Both the position numbers and the translations under genes were made by a program. This document shows, piece by piece, positions 8,284 through 17,388 of a stretch of 64,000 nucleotides of DNA (the first letter of the stretch is position 1; each line of letters begins with the position of its first letter). The notes below the pieces were generated by a model. That model was not told the origin of the DNA and made no database searches. It saw only the letters and a list, made by a program, of their open reading frames with translations. The stretch spans positions 30,729 through 94,728 of IMG/VR virus record IMGVR_UViG_3300032304_001060. One strand, given 5' to 3'. The stretch comes from a virus.

Positions 8284-8819
8284 TGATGAAACATCTACAT
8301 AGAAGCCGAGTACTGATCGGTGGGGCTATCTCAGTCCTAGTGACAGGTCTAGGGGTCGTGGCAGGACAGCCACAAGCCATAGCACCAGTCAAAGCCGAAG
8401 CAGTAGTCATATCAAAAAGCACAGTCCGAATGAACACGCTGGCCAAGTACAGCAACGCAGATAGCCTGACCGATCGTGATCTGGTCAAGTTACTAGGTGC
8501 TGTCGGGTTCGAAGGCAAAGCCTTACGACAAGCGTGGGCAATCGCTAAGAAAGAATCAACAGGACGACCTCTCGCCCATAACGGAAACCGAAATACTGGA
8601 GATAACTCTTACGGGTTATTCCAGATCAATATGCTCGGTTCTCTGGGCGAAGAGCGACGGGATAAATTCAGTTTAGGTTCAAACGCTGAATTGCTCAACC
8701 CTGTGGTGAATGCCAAAGTCGCTTATCACATGAGCGATGCTGGGCAGGACTGGAGTGCATGGAAGGGAACTAATACGAAGCGAGTCAAGTACTGGCTAAG
8801 TAAATTCCCTAAGGCATAA
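8280..8819 (+). CDS. secreted lytic transglycosylase (SLT/lysozyme-like)
   Basis: N-terminal hydrophobic signal; AIAKKES catalytic Glu, YGLFQIN, WSAW. Confidence 0.85.
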   Translation: MMMKHLHRSRVLIGGAISVLVTGLGVVAGQPQAIAPVKAEAVVISKSTVRMNTLAKYSNADSLTDRDLVKLLGAVGFEGKALRQAWAIAKKESTGRPLAHNGNRNTGDNSYGLFQINMLGSLGEERRDKFSLGSNAELLNPVVNAKVAYHMSDAGQDWSAWKGTNTKRVKYWLSKFPKA

Positions 8820-8868
8820 GGCAAAGCCAAAGGCAAAGCCATATCAAAAGCAAGACGGCATACGGGAG

Positions 8869-8890
8869 CCCCCGTCAGAAATGGCGGGGG
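8869..8890 (+). terminator. GC-rich hairpin with GAAA loop
   Basis: CCCCCGTCA-GAAA-TGGCGGGGG; no U tract. Confidence 0.45.
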
Positions 8891-8910
8891 TATCTCAGAC
8901 AAGGAGCAGC

Positions 8911-9276
8911 ATGTACAACAAAGATACTTCGTGGGAAAACGATACGAAGACGTACATAAAGAAAGCCAAACAATATGCCAATCCTCACGATCCTCACATG
9001 GGTGCTCATCGTGAATCAGAAGAAACTCCTCTTACTCCAAAACAAGTAGAAGAAATTTTCTGGGAAAAATTAGTTAATAAGGGTTGGAAATTAGACTTAG
9101 AAAAGAAAATAACAGGAATTGTTCTCCTTTGCCCTGATTGCGAAGAGATTGTAGATAGATACAGATTTATAAAAGCCACACAAATAGCCAAAATTGTGGG
9201 AGATAGGTACATCGCAGCAGTAATTGCTATTCATAATGGCAAACCATGTAAGCCAGAGGCCACAGGAGAAGCATAA
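8911..9276 (+). CDS. hypothetical protein (CPDC motif)
   Basis: AAGGAG RBS before ATG 8911; last gene of the + arm. Confidence 0.65.
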   Translation: MYNKDTSWENDTKTYIKKAKQYANPHDPHMGAHRESEETPLTPKQVEEIFWEKLVNKGWKLDLEKKITGIVLLCPDCEEIVDRYRFIKATQIAKIVGDRYIAAVIAIHNGKPCKPEATGEA

Positions 9277-9284
9277 GCAATAGC

Positions 9285-9311
9285 AAAAGCCCCACCAGAA
9301 GGTGAGGCTTT
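9285..9311 (-). terminator. terminator between convergent arms
   Basis: minus strand AAAGCCTCACC-TTCT-GGTGGGGCTTT-TG. Confidence 0.7.
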
Positions 9312-9333
9312 AGCCAAAGCAATACCAGAAGCG

Positions 9334-11352
9334 TTACTGGTTATCTTTAATTAACTTCACTTCACAGGCATCGGTGGTGCAGTAAGCCTCACCAATAGCA
9401 TCAGAAGCCATACCAGCATAGACACCAGCCAGATCGATAGGGAACAACTTCAGTGTTCCTTCTGTCTCGTACTCTTCTTGAGTGATCTGTGTGTAAGGCA
9501 TCTGAGGATAGACAGCATTACCAGAAGGCAAGAATGAGACAGTCTTAAGTTGACCGTCATACATATGCAAAGCCGTACCAATAGCCGAAGCCTCTGTCTC
9601 TGGATCAAACGAGATCGTTACTGAGACAGAGTTGTCTGACCAATATCTTTGCGCCGTTGCTGCCAACGCCATCTTCTCGTAGATACTGACGTCCTTCTCA
9701 GAACGCTTTGCATCTGATTTGATAGGGAAGAAGACAACCGAAGTTGTATCGGGCGATTCATTTGCTGGCTCTACGCGGTAGTTGGCTAACTTAAAGAGTG
9801 GCAGCATCGGATCAGAGTTACTAAAGCGAATGGCGCGATTGAAGTACTCACCACCTACAGTCCAGTGAACTCCAGGAGATTCACCAGCAAGGATAGAGAC
9901 TGTGCCTGATGGCTTAACAGTTGTCATCTTGATTGACTCACGAATGCCGAGCCACTCCGAGTATGTGGTGTCGTAGGTCTTGATGATCTTGTATCCCTCA
10001 TCCATCCACTGGCGAAGAATTGGCAAGCCCCTGTTATCTGCAAAGTTAGCAACGCCAGAGATTGATGTGCCGATGCGACGATTACGTTGCATGATGGCGT
10101 TGGTCTCTTCCCAGTGAGTTGGAAGTAGCGTTACAGTCTTTGCATAGAGATAAGCAAACTTCAGTGTGCGCTTGAAATCATCGAGTGAGTCATGGCGGTT
10201 GAGGTAAGTCTCAACCAAAGTGCAACACTCATAAGACTCTAGTGACTGTTCAGCACATGGGTTGTACCCCGCGATGCGCCAATCCTTATTGTTCTCTGGG
10301 TCTGCAAGACGACCGAACTTCTTTGATACATCCATCCAGATAACTCCTGGCTCACCATTGAGTTTAATTCCCTCAACGATTGCGTCAAGATCATCTCCCA
10401 CATTGACAGCCACAGAGTTGTTCGACATCCAGCCATGGGTCAGACGCTCTGGGTACTTGTCGTAATTCTTGAGGTTGAGGAACTCCTCATCATCGATACG
10501 GCCAATAAGTAACTCAGCAGAGCGACGCACGTTGCCAGAGACAACACAGACACCGATCATGTTGCCGATGTCGGCAATGTCACGACGTGTAAGTAGTTGC
10601 CCTGCACGACCTGCAAACATCTGGTGTAGGTAGTCGTGGAGTTTAATTAGTGGGTCTGGCCCTGCTGCGGTTCCTCCAAAGGTCTTAATCGGAACTCCTG
10701 CTGGACGAATTTCGGAGTAGTCAAAGATAGGCTTCTTCGAATCTGGCTTAAGGTAGCAATCGATGATTGCGGCAGTCGCTCTGACCCAACCTTCTCTGGT
10801 ATCGGGAATGACATGAGTTACTTCTCCTTGTGGTTCATAGATAGTGAATTCTTTATCTGCGCCTTTATCATCAAAGCCCACACCCACACCGAGCATGGAT
10901 GCCTCCATCAAGAAGGCAAACGGCTTGGATGGCTCTACCTTGTTCATCGACCCTGTCGATACGAAAGCACAATTCTGTAGGGCTGCTGAGTTACGCTGAA
11001 TGTTTACGATTGGTGTACCCATGACCCATAGACCACGTCCAGGTGGAGTCCACTTGAGATTCCACAGTCGATCAAAAGCCTCCTTTGCAGAGGCTGCTGC
11101 CTTAGCATCTGACCATGGCAGACGAGCAGTTTTGGCGTGATCCTTCTGGAGCGAGTACATGCCATTGATGACTCTCTCACATACATCTACCCAAGTCTCC
11201 TTAGTACCATCTTCTTTGAGACGTGAATAGGTTCTGAGAAAAGTAATCTCTCCTACGGAATTTCCTGCTGCGTCTTGATAACCGAAGGGCGCTTTCTTTG
11301 CCCGATATGGTGCAACAAAATCTTCGGTTAATTTAAATGAAAACAACGACAT
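9334..11352 (-). CDS. nrdJ: class II adenosylcobalamin-dependent ribonucleotide reductase (monomeric RTPR type)
   Basis: PPGRGLW, LQNC, GNVRRSA, NPCAEQ, TTVKPSGT, C-terminal CTTDAC. Confidence 0.95.
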   Translation of the reverse strand: MSLFSFKLTEDFVAPYRAKKAPFGYQDAAGNSVGEITFLRTYSRLKEDGTKETWVDVCERVINGMYSLQKDHAKTARLPWSDAKAAASAKEAFDRLWNLKWTPPGRGLWVMGTPIVNIQRNSAALQNCAFVSTGSMNKVEPSKPFAFLMEASMLGVGVGFDDKGADKEFTIYEPQGEVTHVIPDTREGWVRATAAIIDCYLKPDSKKPIFDYSEIRPAGVPIKTFGGTAAGPDPLIKLHDYLHQMFAGRAGQLLTRRDIADIGNMIGVCVVSGNVRRSAELLIGRIDDEEFLNLKNYDKYPERLTHGWMSNNSVAVNVGDDLDAIVEGIKLNGEPGVIWMDVSKKFGRLADPENNKDWRIAGYNPCAEQSLESYECCTLVETYLNRHDSLDDFKRTLKFAYLYAKTVTLLPTHWEETNAIMQRNRRIGTSISGVANFADNRGLPILRQWMDEGYKIIKTYDTTYSEWLGIRESIKMTTVKPSGTVSILAGESPGVHWTVGGEYFNRAIRFSNSDPMLPLFKLANYRVEPANESPDTTSVVFFPIKSDAKRSEKDVSIYEKMALAATAQRYWSDNSVSVTISFDPETEASAIGTALHMYDGQLKTVSFLPSGNAVYPQMPYTQITQEEYETEGTLKLFPIDLAGVYAGMASDAIGEAYCTTDACEVKLIKDNQ

Positions 11353-11519
11353 AACCCCTACCATTTCTATTAATGTGCAAATACCCCTCAGTGGGTTGCT
11401 TAGTATTACGCTTGAAACCCTACCATGTATATGTCAATAAGGTTGAGTACTTTATTCAATGTTGGTGGGTCAAACTTCCCTCCACCTTGATCCACTTCAC
11501 TCCACTTGCTGTTATCAGA

Positions 11520-13028
11520 TCATTGATCTTCGATAGATTCCGAGATAATCCTTGTCACAGTCTCTTCTTTTAGCGTCTCTGGTAACTCCTTGAGAGCCTG
11601 AGCACGATCGCCAAAGATTGCAGAGAGAACTCCACCAGCAGATTGTCGCTGTGCGGTGATCTGAATGAACTCCTTGTTGGTCTCCATCTCCTTGACTTGA
11701 CCAACCAATTTGTAGAGGCGGTCAATCTCCTGAGAGAGATTTGGATCGGCGTAGCCACCATTCATTTCTTCTGCAAAACGCATAAAAGCCACTCTTTGGC
11801 CTTGCATTTCAATAATTGCAGTAAGTAGCGCTTTGAGTTGATCCTTAGTCTTGACCTCTATTGGGAGATTAAATGCACACATGTTTTCGGGCTTAAAGGC
11901 TGGACAGTTAGATGCAACGAAACATGTGTTGCACTGACGTAGGGATGACTGCTGGTTGTTGATGACTGGAACTTCTTTAAGAACATCTCGTCCTTCTTCA
12001 TCAGTCTCAACTACAGTCTTCATCTTTACACCGAATACAGGGAGATTCTGCATCTCTTCAGGGTCTCTTTCAACCAACTTAGTCGGTTCATTCTTCCGCA
12101 CTTCGAGGTCACTGTTATCAGATGCACCCCCCATCATTTCCATCAAACCACTCATGAGTGGGGTATCGCTGTTATCAGATACTTGGGCGTTCTTGCCCCC
12201 GTCAATGATGTGTAGATCGGGTGTCTTCTTGTCCATTGATTCCTCTAATCGCTTGTATGACCAGACGGCTACCCTAGTGGATTCGAGGGTACTATCTGCT
12301 ATGAACTCAGAGTAGTCTAGTCCAGCCTTCTCTACCATCGCCTTGTAGCGAGGTCGTGCTTGGTCTTTCATTCTCTTGGGGTAGCGGTTTAACTTGGTGC
12401 CATCCCAGACGATTGTCTCGCCTCTTCTCATGGGCGAAAGCCATGACAATGTGCTGGCTGTGCTAAATGGTACCTGCCTCAGATTGTCTGGCTTGGCACA
12501 TCCAATGGCATGGAAGGCGGTTCCATGCGATCTCTGCAAGGTACGGGTAAGGCTTGCGAGGTTCTTGACTGACTCGATTGTGTCGTTGGGAATGGCGATG
12601 TTGGAGTAACTTTTAGCCAAGGCCTGAAGATTACTTATCCCATCTGACTCATGCCAGACTACCCATAACTTAGGGTCGTTACTGAAGAAAGAACGTTGTT
12701 GGGCGATCCATTCTTGACCTAGGACTTGGGAATCAAACTCCAGAAACGCTTCTGCTCGATCCGCATTGTTAACAAGAAACTCCTGATAGTCGGCTGCCAG
12801 ATCAAGTAACTCTTGACGGGACAGGCCAGCCTTGTCTGCCTGTGATGCGCCAGACTCAATGTAGACCTTGGCCTCTGGTTCAAAGTGTTCTGAGATCAGC
12901 CATATCTTGGTCTTGGGTAGCCCACGCTTGCGAAGACCCCAGTAGTTGAGCCCCATCGACTCAACCTTCATGCCTTCGAGTAGGGTTCTATTGGAGCCCA
13001 CTTCGACTCCTGAGAATATGAGGTTCAT
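11520..13028 (-). CDS. TGT/DpdA-like TIM-barrel protein (degenerate motifs) with C-terminal Cys cluster
   Basis: VYIESGA (cf. DSG), VVWH, FHAIG, PFSTASTLSW (cf. SVDSTSW); CNTC-x5-C-x8-C. Confidence 0.55.
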   Translation of the reverse strand: MNLIFSGVEVGSNRTLLEGMKVESMGLNYWGLRKRGLPKTKIWLISEHFEPEAKVYIESGASQADKAGLSRQELLDLAADYQEFLVNNADRAEAFLEFDSQVLGQEWIAQQRSFFSNDPKLWVVWHESDGISNLQALAKSYSNIAIPNDTIESVKNLASLTRTLQRSHGTAFHAIGCAKPDNLRQVPFSTASTLSWLSPMRRGETIVWDGTKLNRYPKRMKDQARPRYKAMVEKAGLDYSEFIADSTLESTRVAVWSYKRLEESMDKKTPDLHIIDGGKNAQVSDNSDTPLMSGLMEMMGGASDNSDLEVRKNEPTKLVERDPEEMQNLPVFGVKMKTVVETDEEGRDVLKEVPVINNQQSSLRQCNTCFVASNCPAFKPENMCAFNLPIEVKTKDQLKALLTAIIEMQGQRVAFMRFAEEMNGGYADPNLSQEIDRLYKLVGQVKEMETNKEFIQITAQRQSAGGVLSAIFGDRAQALKELPETLKEETVTRIISESIEDQ

Positions 13029-13516
13029 TAGTCTTGCCAGAACTGTAGGTCTTTAGGAGATGCTGCATCCTTAGATTTGGCGATGTTAACTCGTGTAATT
13101 GCTGCCTCGATCTCACCCCACTGGCGCACCTTCTTAGGCGCATCAGGGCGACGTTCAACAGCAAGATAGCCAGGATTCATAAACATCACTGCAGGGATTC
13201 CCTGCTCCTCAAAGACCCACGCACACATTAAAGGGTCAGAGTCCACGTACATCTCGATCGGTGCACGAGAGCGACTCACCACGAACTGGCGCTTCTTTAA
13301 GTCTTCACCTTCAAGGTAAAAAGAACGGTCGATGAGATCATCGTAGTTAATAATTCCGTGCGATTGAAGCCAGTGCTCTGCATCCTCAGTCTTACGGGAG
13401 GTCATGATGGCCACTCGGTTATTGATATTGAGGGCATAGTAGAGCGCCACTCCTGCTCGGATTGGATCGCCTGAATCCGAACTAAGTACGCCGTCTAGTG
13501 ATACGAGTATATTCAT
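13028..13516 (-). CDS. HAD-superfamily protein (motif I first Asp replaced by Ser)
   Basis: ILVSLDGVL, IMTSR, WLQSHGI, K, YVDSDP. Confidence 0.7.
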   Translation of the reverse strand: MNILVSLDGVLSSDSGDPIRAGVALYYALNINNRVAIMTSRKTEDAEHWLQSHGIINYDDLIDRSFYLEGEDLKKRQFVVSRSRAPIEMYVDSDPLMCAWVFEEQGIPAVMFMNPGYLAVERRPDAPKKVRQWGEIEAAITRVNIAKSKDAASPKDLQFWQD

Positions 13517-13518
13517 TA

Positions 13519-14457
13519 TTATCCTGGTGTTTTGTAGGTTGCTGCTCTTCGAATTAGGGTCTGAGTATCAGGCAGATCAACGCCATACGTGCTCTCTGCT
13601 TGTTGCGCTTTGTACGTGTCCCAGTACTCAGACATCTTTTTTAGGGTTGGTACGGTTCCGTACTTCTTACCCGCTTGCCATCGGTAGTTATAAAAGTCAG
13701 AGTAGCCATGGCCACTCTGAGTAAACGCATATCTGCGTGAGCGATGGATATCGTCAAATAGTAGTGATGCTTGCATCAGGGATGCCTGTAGTCTGAACTC
13801 TGCATTCCGTCGTGCAGGATCATTCTGTGCACCTTGTAGATCAGTCAATGCCTGTGAGTAGTGGCTAACAATTTCTGCGGTGCGTGCACGATCACGTTCT
13901 GCTAGGACATCGCCTACCTTGCTGTGTGGTGCACCTTGCTTTGATGGAAATACTGTCCACTCATTGTGGGTCAAGTCGTATGCAGCATAGGGATTGATAG
14001 TACGGATATCTGTAGCGCCAGGATTGACGTAGAAGGTAACTTCAAACCCGTTCCACTCCTGTGTATCTGGCTGTAGATTCTCGCGGAAATCTTCGTTGAG
14101 CATCTTGCTGATCTCAATGTCAGATAGGCCATGGTAGTCAGGGTGCGCTTGACGGAACTGGATGTAGTTAACACCAATCAGAATATCTAAGTCTTTCGGA
14201 TAGCGCTGTGCTGACCATTGGTAGGAGACGGCAGAGCCAGCAATCCATACCGTTGTCCACAAATCTGCATGACGATACTGATCGCCAAGGAAATCAAAGA
14301 GCATATGGAGAATGCCGTTACGAACCCAGCCCTTGAGAGTTACGTTAGAGAATAACTCTGGGTCTAGGTTTTCTTCTGGAGCCGAGAAGTAGGAGGTAGG
14401 GCTTTCCTGCATGTCTACAGGAGCCACGTACTTGCCTAGTCCATCGAAACGGTTCAT
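13519..14457 (-). CDS. Pol-beta superfamily nucleotidyltransferase
   Basis: IAGSAVSYQW...DLDILI, EVTFYVN, AAYDL. Confidence 0.75.
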   Translation of the reverse strand: MNRFDGLGKYVAPVDMQESPTSYFSAPEENLDPELFSNVTLKGWVRNGILHMLFDFLGDQYRHADLWTTVWIAGSAVSYQWSAQRYPKDLDILIGVNYIQFRQAHPDYHGLSDIEISKMLNEDFRENLQPDTQEWNGFEVTFYVNPGATDIRTINPYAAYDLTHNEWTVFPSKQGAPHSKVGDVLAERDRARTAEIVSHYSQALTDLQGAQNDPARRNAEFRLQASLMQASLLFDDIHRSRRYAFTQSGHGYSDFYNYRWQAGKKYGTVPTLKKMSEYWDTYKAQQAESTYGVDLPDTQTLIRRAATYKTPG

Positions 14458-14469
14458 GGACTAATTCTA
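14458..14469 (-). promoter_or_regulatory. -10 element for leaderless mRNA
   Basis: TAGAAT-N6-ATG, no SD. Confidence 0.55.
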
Positions 14470-14476
14470 TGTCTAA

Positions 14477-14764
14477 TTAGGCTTGTGGTGTCTCTATGCC
14501 ACGATCGCTTAATGCAGATCGTAACTTGGCTTTTATCTCTTCAGACTCATCTTTTGGCTGTAGGAGTGGAGCAATCGATCGTGCAATTCGATCTGCAAGC
14601 AACTGGCTCTCAATATCGGTGACTAACTCTTTGCTGCAGCCAAATACGTCGTAGGTAGTTGCTTGACGGCGAGTGTTCTCATCCGCAGGGTGTAGGTGGG
14701 TCGACATTGTTCCATCAGCATTGATAACAACCGTGTAGGCTGCCTCAATCATCTTCTCATCCAT
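14477..14764 (-). CDS. hypothetical protein
   Basis: starts MDEKMIEAAY, TAATG-coupled to upstream gene. Confidence 0.7.
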   Translation of the reverse strand: MDEKMIEAAYTVVINADGTMSTHLHPADENTRRQATTYDVFGCSKELVTDIESQLLADRIARSIAPLLQPKDESEEIKAKLRSALSDRGIETPQA

Positions 14765-15318
14765 TATCGCAATCCTTCCATGAGTTTCTGCTTGCGTTGT
14801 GCTACGCCTATCGCTACTGGACAAAAATCGCATAGGTAAGTCTTTTGTCCTGGGGAATCTTTGTACTTCTCCATACCTTCTGCTTGACGCTCTTTTTCTG
14901 TCTTAGGAATGAGCATCTTGTCGACATCGTGCCAATCAGAGCACCCATCTTTAGGTTGGTTATGGCGACGATAACATGTCATTGCATCATCCATGAAGAT
15001 AGATCGTGAGTCATAGAAGGTGTCATCGATCTCTGCAAGGCCTTTGGAACCGCCACCTTTAATCTGGCGAATGATCTCTTGCTTCGATTTGGTATCAGCC
15101 CATGAACGGAGAGGTAGAACAAATAACTTGCCCTTATGTGGCTCTCCTGATGGGAATACGTGGTTCTCACATGCAACAGCCAAGAGCATGTCTAACTCTG
15201 GATCGCCGTCGTATGGAGGGAGTTCTTCTAGTGATTGGCAGACAAGGCAAAATAGCAAACGAAACATAGGTTCATTTGCTTCTGGCTTCTTCTGTCCAAG
15301 AATGGGTACGTTACTCAT
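14764..15318 (-). CDS. hypothetical Cys/His-rich protein
   Basis: CLVC, CENH, C-x3-H, CSDW, CDFCP; AAGGAG RBS. Confidence 0.75.
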   Translation of the reverse strand: MSNVPILGQKKPEANEPMFRLLFCLVCQSLEELPPYDGDPELDMLLAVACENHVFPSGEPHKGKLFVLPLRSWADTKSKQEIIRQIKGGGSKGLAEIDDTFYDSRSIFMDDAMTCYRRHNQPKDGCSDWHDVDKMLIPKTEKERQAEGMEKYKDSPGQKTYLCDFCPVAIGVAQRKQKLMEGLR

Positions 15319-15367
15319 GGTGCTCCTTATAGTAGTCCGATTAGTCTAACAGATTGCGGAACTTCTC

Positions 15368-15601
15368 TTATTCTCCTGTTTTGTACTGAATGCGTTGAGA
15401 GGACTCGTCGTAAGGACGTAACTCTGTATAAGCCCATGAGGGTTTTCCAGTACGCTCTGCGTGGGCATCGACTGCTCGCCGCATTGCTGCACGACCTTGA
15501 GGACTGCCTAGATCATGGTGACGAATCTTTTGGTTGTCTGTGCCCATACCACCGTTGGTGATGTAGTACTTAGTAGCACGATTGGGAACTTTAGCAGCCA
15601 T
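15368..15601 (-). CDS. hypothetical protein
   Basis: 77 aa in tightly packed operon. Confidence 0.65.
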   Translation of the reverse strand: MAAKVPNRATKYYITNGGMGTDNQKIRHHDLGSPQGRAAMRRAVDAHAERTGKPSWAYTELRPYDESSQRIQYKTGE

Positions 15602-15603
15602 GA

Positions 15604-15888
15604 TTACTTCCCACTCACTGGTGGAAATCTAAACTCGCTAGGATTCTGTGGTCCACTTGGAGTCTTAGGAATTGGTGGGACAGGTGTTTTTGGGCGTGAA
15701 GTAGGGGTTCCTACTTGCAGAATGTTTCCAGCACGAGTGTGTGCCCGTTGCTGGAAAGCATTTTGCCAGATCGGATGGCTTGCAGGAAAAGTAAGTATTT
15801 GATTTTTAGGCATTGGAGTTACATTTGGTTTGAGGAAATTTTTGACTTTTGCACCAACAGACTTAAATTGGCGAGGAGAAAGGTTCAT
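15604..15888 (-). CDS. hypothetical basic Pro-rich protein (N-terminal LSxxQF)
   Basis: MNLSPRQF; GGAGG RBS. Confidence 0.65.
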   Translation of the reverse strand: MNLSPRQFKSVGAKVKNFLKPNVTPMPKNQILTFPASHPIWQNAFQQRAHTRAGNILQVGTPTSRPKTPVPPIPKTPSGPQNPSEFRFPPVSGK

Positions 15889-15891
15889 AGG

Positions 15892-16065
15892 TTACTTACC
15901 TCCAAAAAGTGCTTTTCCGATAACTTTTTGAGCATCAGTTACTTTGGCATGTCTTTCGTAATCAAAATTAGGATCAACATGAATCATTCCGCAAGATGGA
16001 CATGGATTATTCATGTCGACTTTGCGCTTAGGATCTTTATTACGATCTGGAACTGTGTCAGCCAT
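15892..16065 (-). CDS. hypothetical protein (57 aa, not in ORF track)
   Basis: MADTVPDRNKDPKRKVDMNNPCPSCGMIH...LFGGK; fills the gap exactly. Confidence 0.65.
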   Translation of the reverse strand: MADTVPDRNKDPKRKVDMNNPCPSCGMIHVDPNFDYERHAKVTDAQKVIGKALFGGK

Positions 16066-16067
16066 GA

Positions 16068-16268
16068 TTACTTACCTGGGTTTACTTTACTTGGATACTC
16101 AGAAGTGATAAACCCATAACCATAGAATGGGTGCAGTGTCTGACGGTTGTTCACTGTAGAGGCAGAGTCCATCGTTACTTCTGTATCTGGACGTGCCTTG
16201 CGATACTTGCCGTCTGTGGCTCCCTCATCGAGTGATGAATTCATTGAACGTGATGTATTAACTGCCAT
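16068..16268 (-). CDS. hypothetical protein
   Basis: 66 aa, packed operon. Confidence 0.65.
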   Translation of the reverse strand: MAVNTSRSMNSSLDEGATDGKYRKARPDTEVTMDSASTVNNRQTLHPFYGYGFITSEYPSKVNPGK

Positions 16269-16270
16269 AA

Positions 16271-16555
16271 TTAAATAACCTTCTTCTCTGCTTGTTGCTT
16301 TGCTTCAACAACTCTTGCGCCTTCTTGGTAGCGATCACCACGATCTTCGGTGTTGTAACGTGTTGTATTTGCCCAACCAGCCTCACGTGCTGCGCTCTTA
16401 ACCTGGCTGCGCTCGTACTTACCTTCGCCACTTTTCCAACTATCTTTCGAAGTATCAGGCATTGCCTTGATACCACGAGCACCTGCTGCTGATGCTTTTG
16501 CAAGAGCCTCAACTTGTGGGCTCTTAAACTTTACACGACGGTCTCTGAATAACAT
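16271..16555 (-). CDS. hypothetical protein
   Basis: 94 aa, TAATG coupling. Confidence 0.65.
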   Translation of the reverse strand: MLFRDRRVKFKSPQVEALAKASAAGARGIKAMPDTSKDSWKSGEGKYERSQVKSAAREAGWANTTRYNTEDRGDRYQEGARVVEAKQQAEKKVI

Positions 16556-16758
16556 TAGATCATTTTACCTTTCACTCTTTTTGCATTGCGCTGAGTTATA
16601 CAGGACAGGCAATGACCTCGATTGCTTAGAAATTCTACGGGATTCATAACAACTCCGCAGGTTGGACATGGGGAAGATCCATTATATTTTGTGGCGTTTT
16701 CAGCGATCTGTCGCGCCTGCAACTCCATAATTAACATGCCATCACCGTCGTCAGCCAT
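16555..16758 (-). CDS. small zinc-finger protein
   Basis: CPTC...CLSC. Confidence 0.65.
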   Translation of the reverse strand: MADDGDGMLIMELQARQIAENATKYNGSSPCPTCGVVMNPVEFLSNRGHCLSCITQRNAKRVKGKMI

Positions 16759-16760
16759 AA

Positions 16761-17003
16761 TTATCCTATCTGAACAGGTCCAGGAGTGCGTTGAACGGTT
16801 TGATTACTGGCTTGTCCACCAGAGCCACTTACCATTGCTGATGCACCGAATTGAGCAGCGCTCATTATGTTGGATCTACTTAACGCTCCTGCTCCAAGTC
16901 GGGTTGCGCCAAGGCGAGTTGCTGCTGCGCCCAATGCACGACTTCCAAGAAATCGTGCTGCTGTTCCACCTGCTACAGGTGCAAGCGGTGCTAGAAATGC
17001 CAT
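16761..17003 (-). CDS. hypothetical Ala/Gly-rich protein
   Basis: 80 aa, GGAGG RBS, TAATG coupling. Confidence 0.6.
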   Translation of the reverse strand: MAFLAPLAPVAGGTAARFLGSRALGAAATRLGATRLGAGALSRSNIMSAAQFGASAMVSGSGGQASNQTVQRTPGPVQIG

Positions 17004-17374
17004 TAGATACCTCCAAGTGCGTTACGTTCTGCGGCCTGATAGCCAGAGACTCCACCTGAGAACCATGATACTCGTGGCTCGGTGTAATTTCTGTCGATAG
17101 TGACAATGTCATCAATTCCAGGTTGTGAGCGATCACCATAGCCATAACGTGGTGGGAATAGTTGAATCTGTGGCAGAGGTGGGCGAACCATTGCCTGAAT
17201 ATCGGCTCCAGGAATGTTCATGACCATCAGTGCCTGTTGCGTGAGACGCTCGGCATTGGTTGCCCAAGGACCTTGATAAGAATACTTTTTGGCAACGGAA
17301 TCTGGCCTTACAGGAGAACGGAACTCGTTCCAAGGCTTAGTACGATCGTATTGACCGTCAGTGTGCTGTGTCAT
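17003..17374 (-). CDS. hypothetical protein
   Basis: 123 aa, AGAAAGGAG RBS. Confidence 0.7.
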   Translation of the reverse strand: MTQHTDGQYDRTKPWNEFRSPVRPDSVAKKYSYQGPWATNAERLTQQALMVMNIPGADIQAMVRPPLPQIQLFPPRYGYGDRSQPGIDDIVTIDRNYTEPRVSWFSGGVSGYQAAERNALGGI

Positions 17375-17388
17375 GTAGACTCCTTTCT

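Noticed and set aside
11365-11460. NrdR boxes or cobalamin riboswitch upstream of nrdJ
   Set aside because: Only a short ACCCTACCAT duplication is visible; no convincing NrdR palindrome or riboswitch core.
11520-13028. Functional 7-deazaguanine DNA modification (dpdA) system
   Set aside because: Catalytic Asp motifs look altered and no preQ0 synthesis genes are in the window; kept only as a degenerate TGT-like finding.
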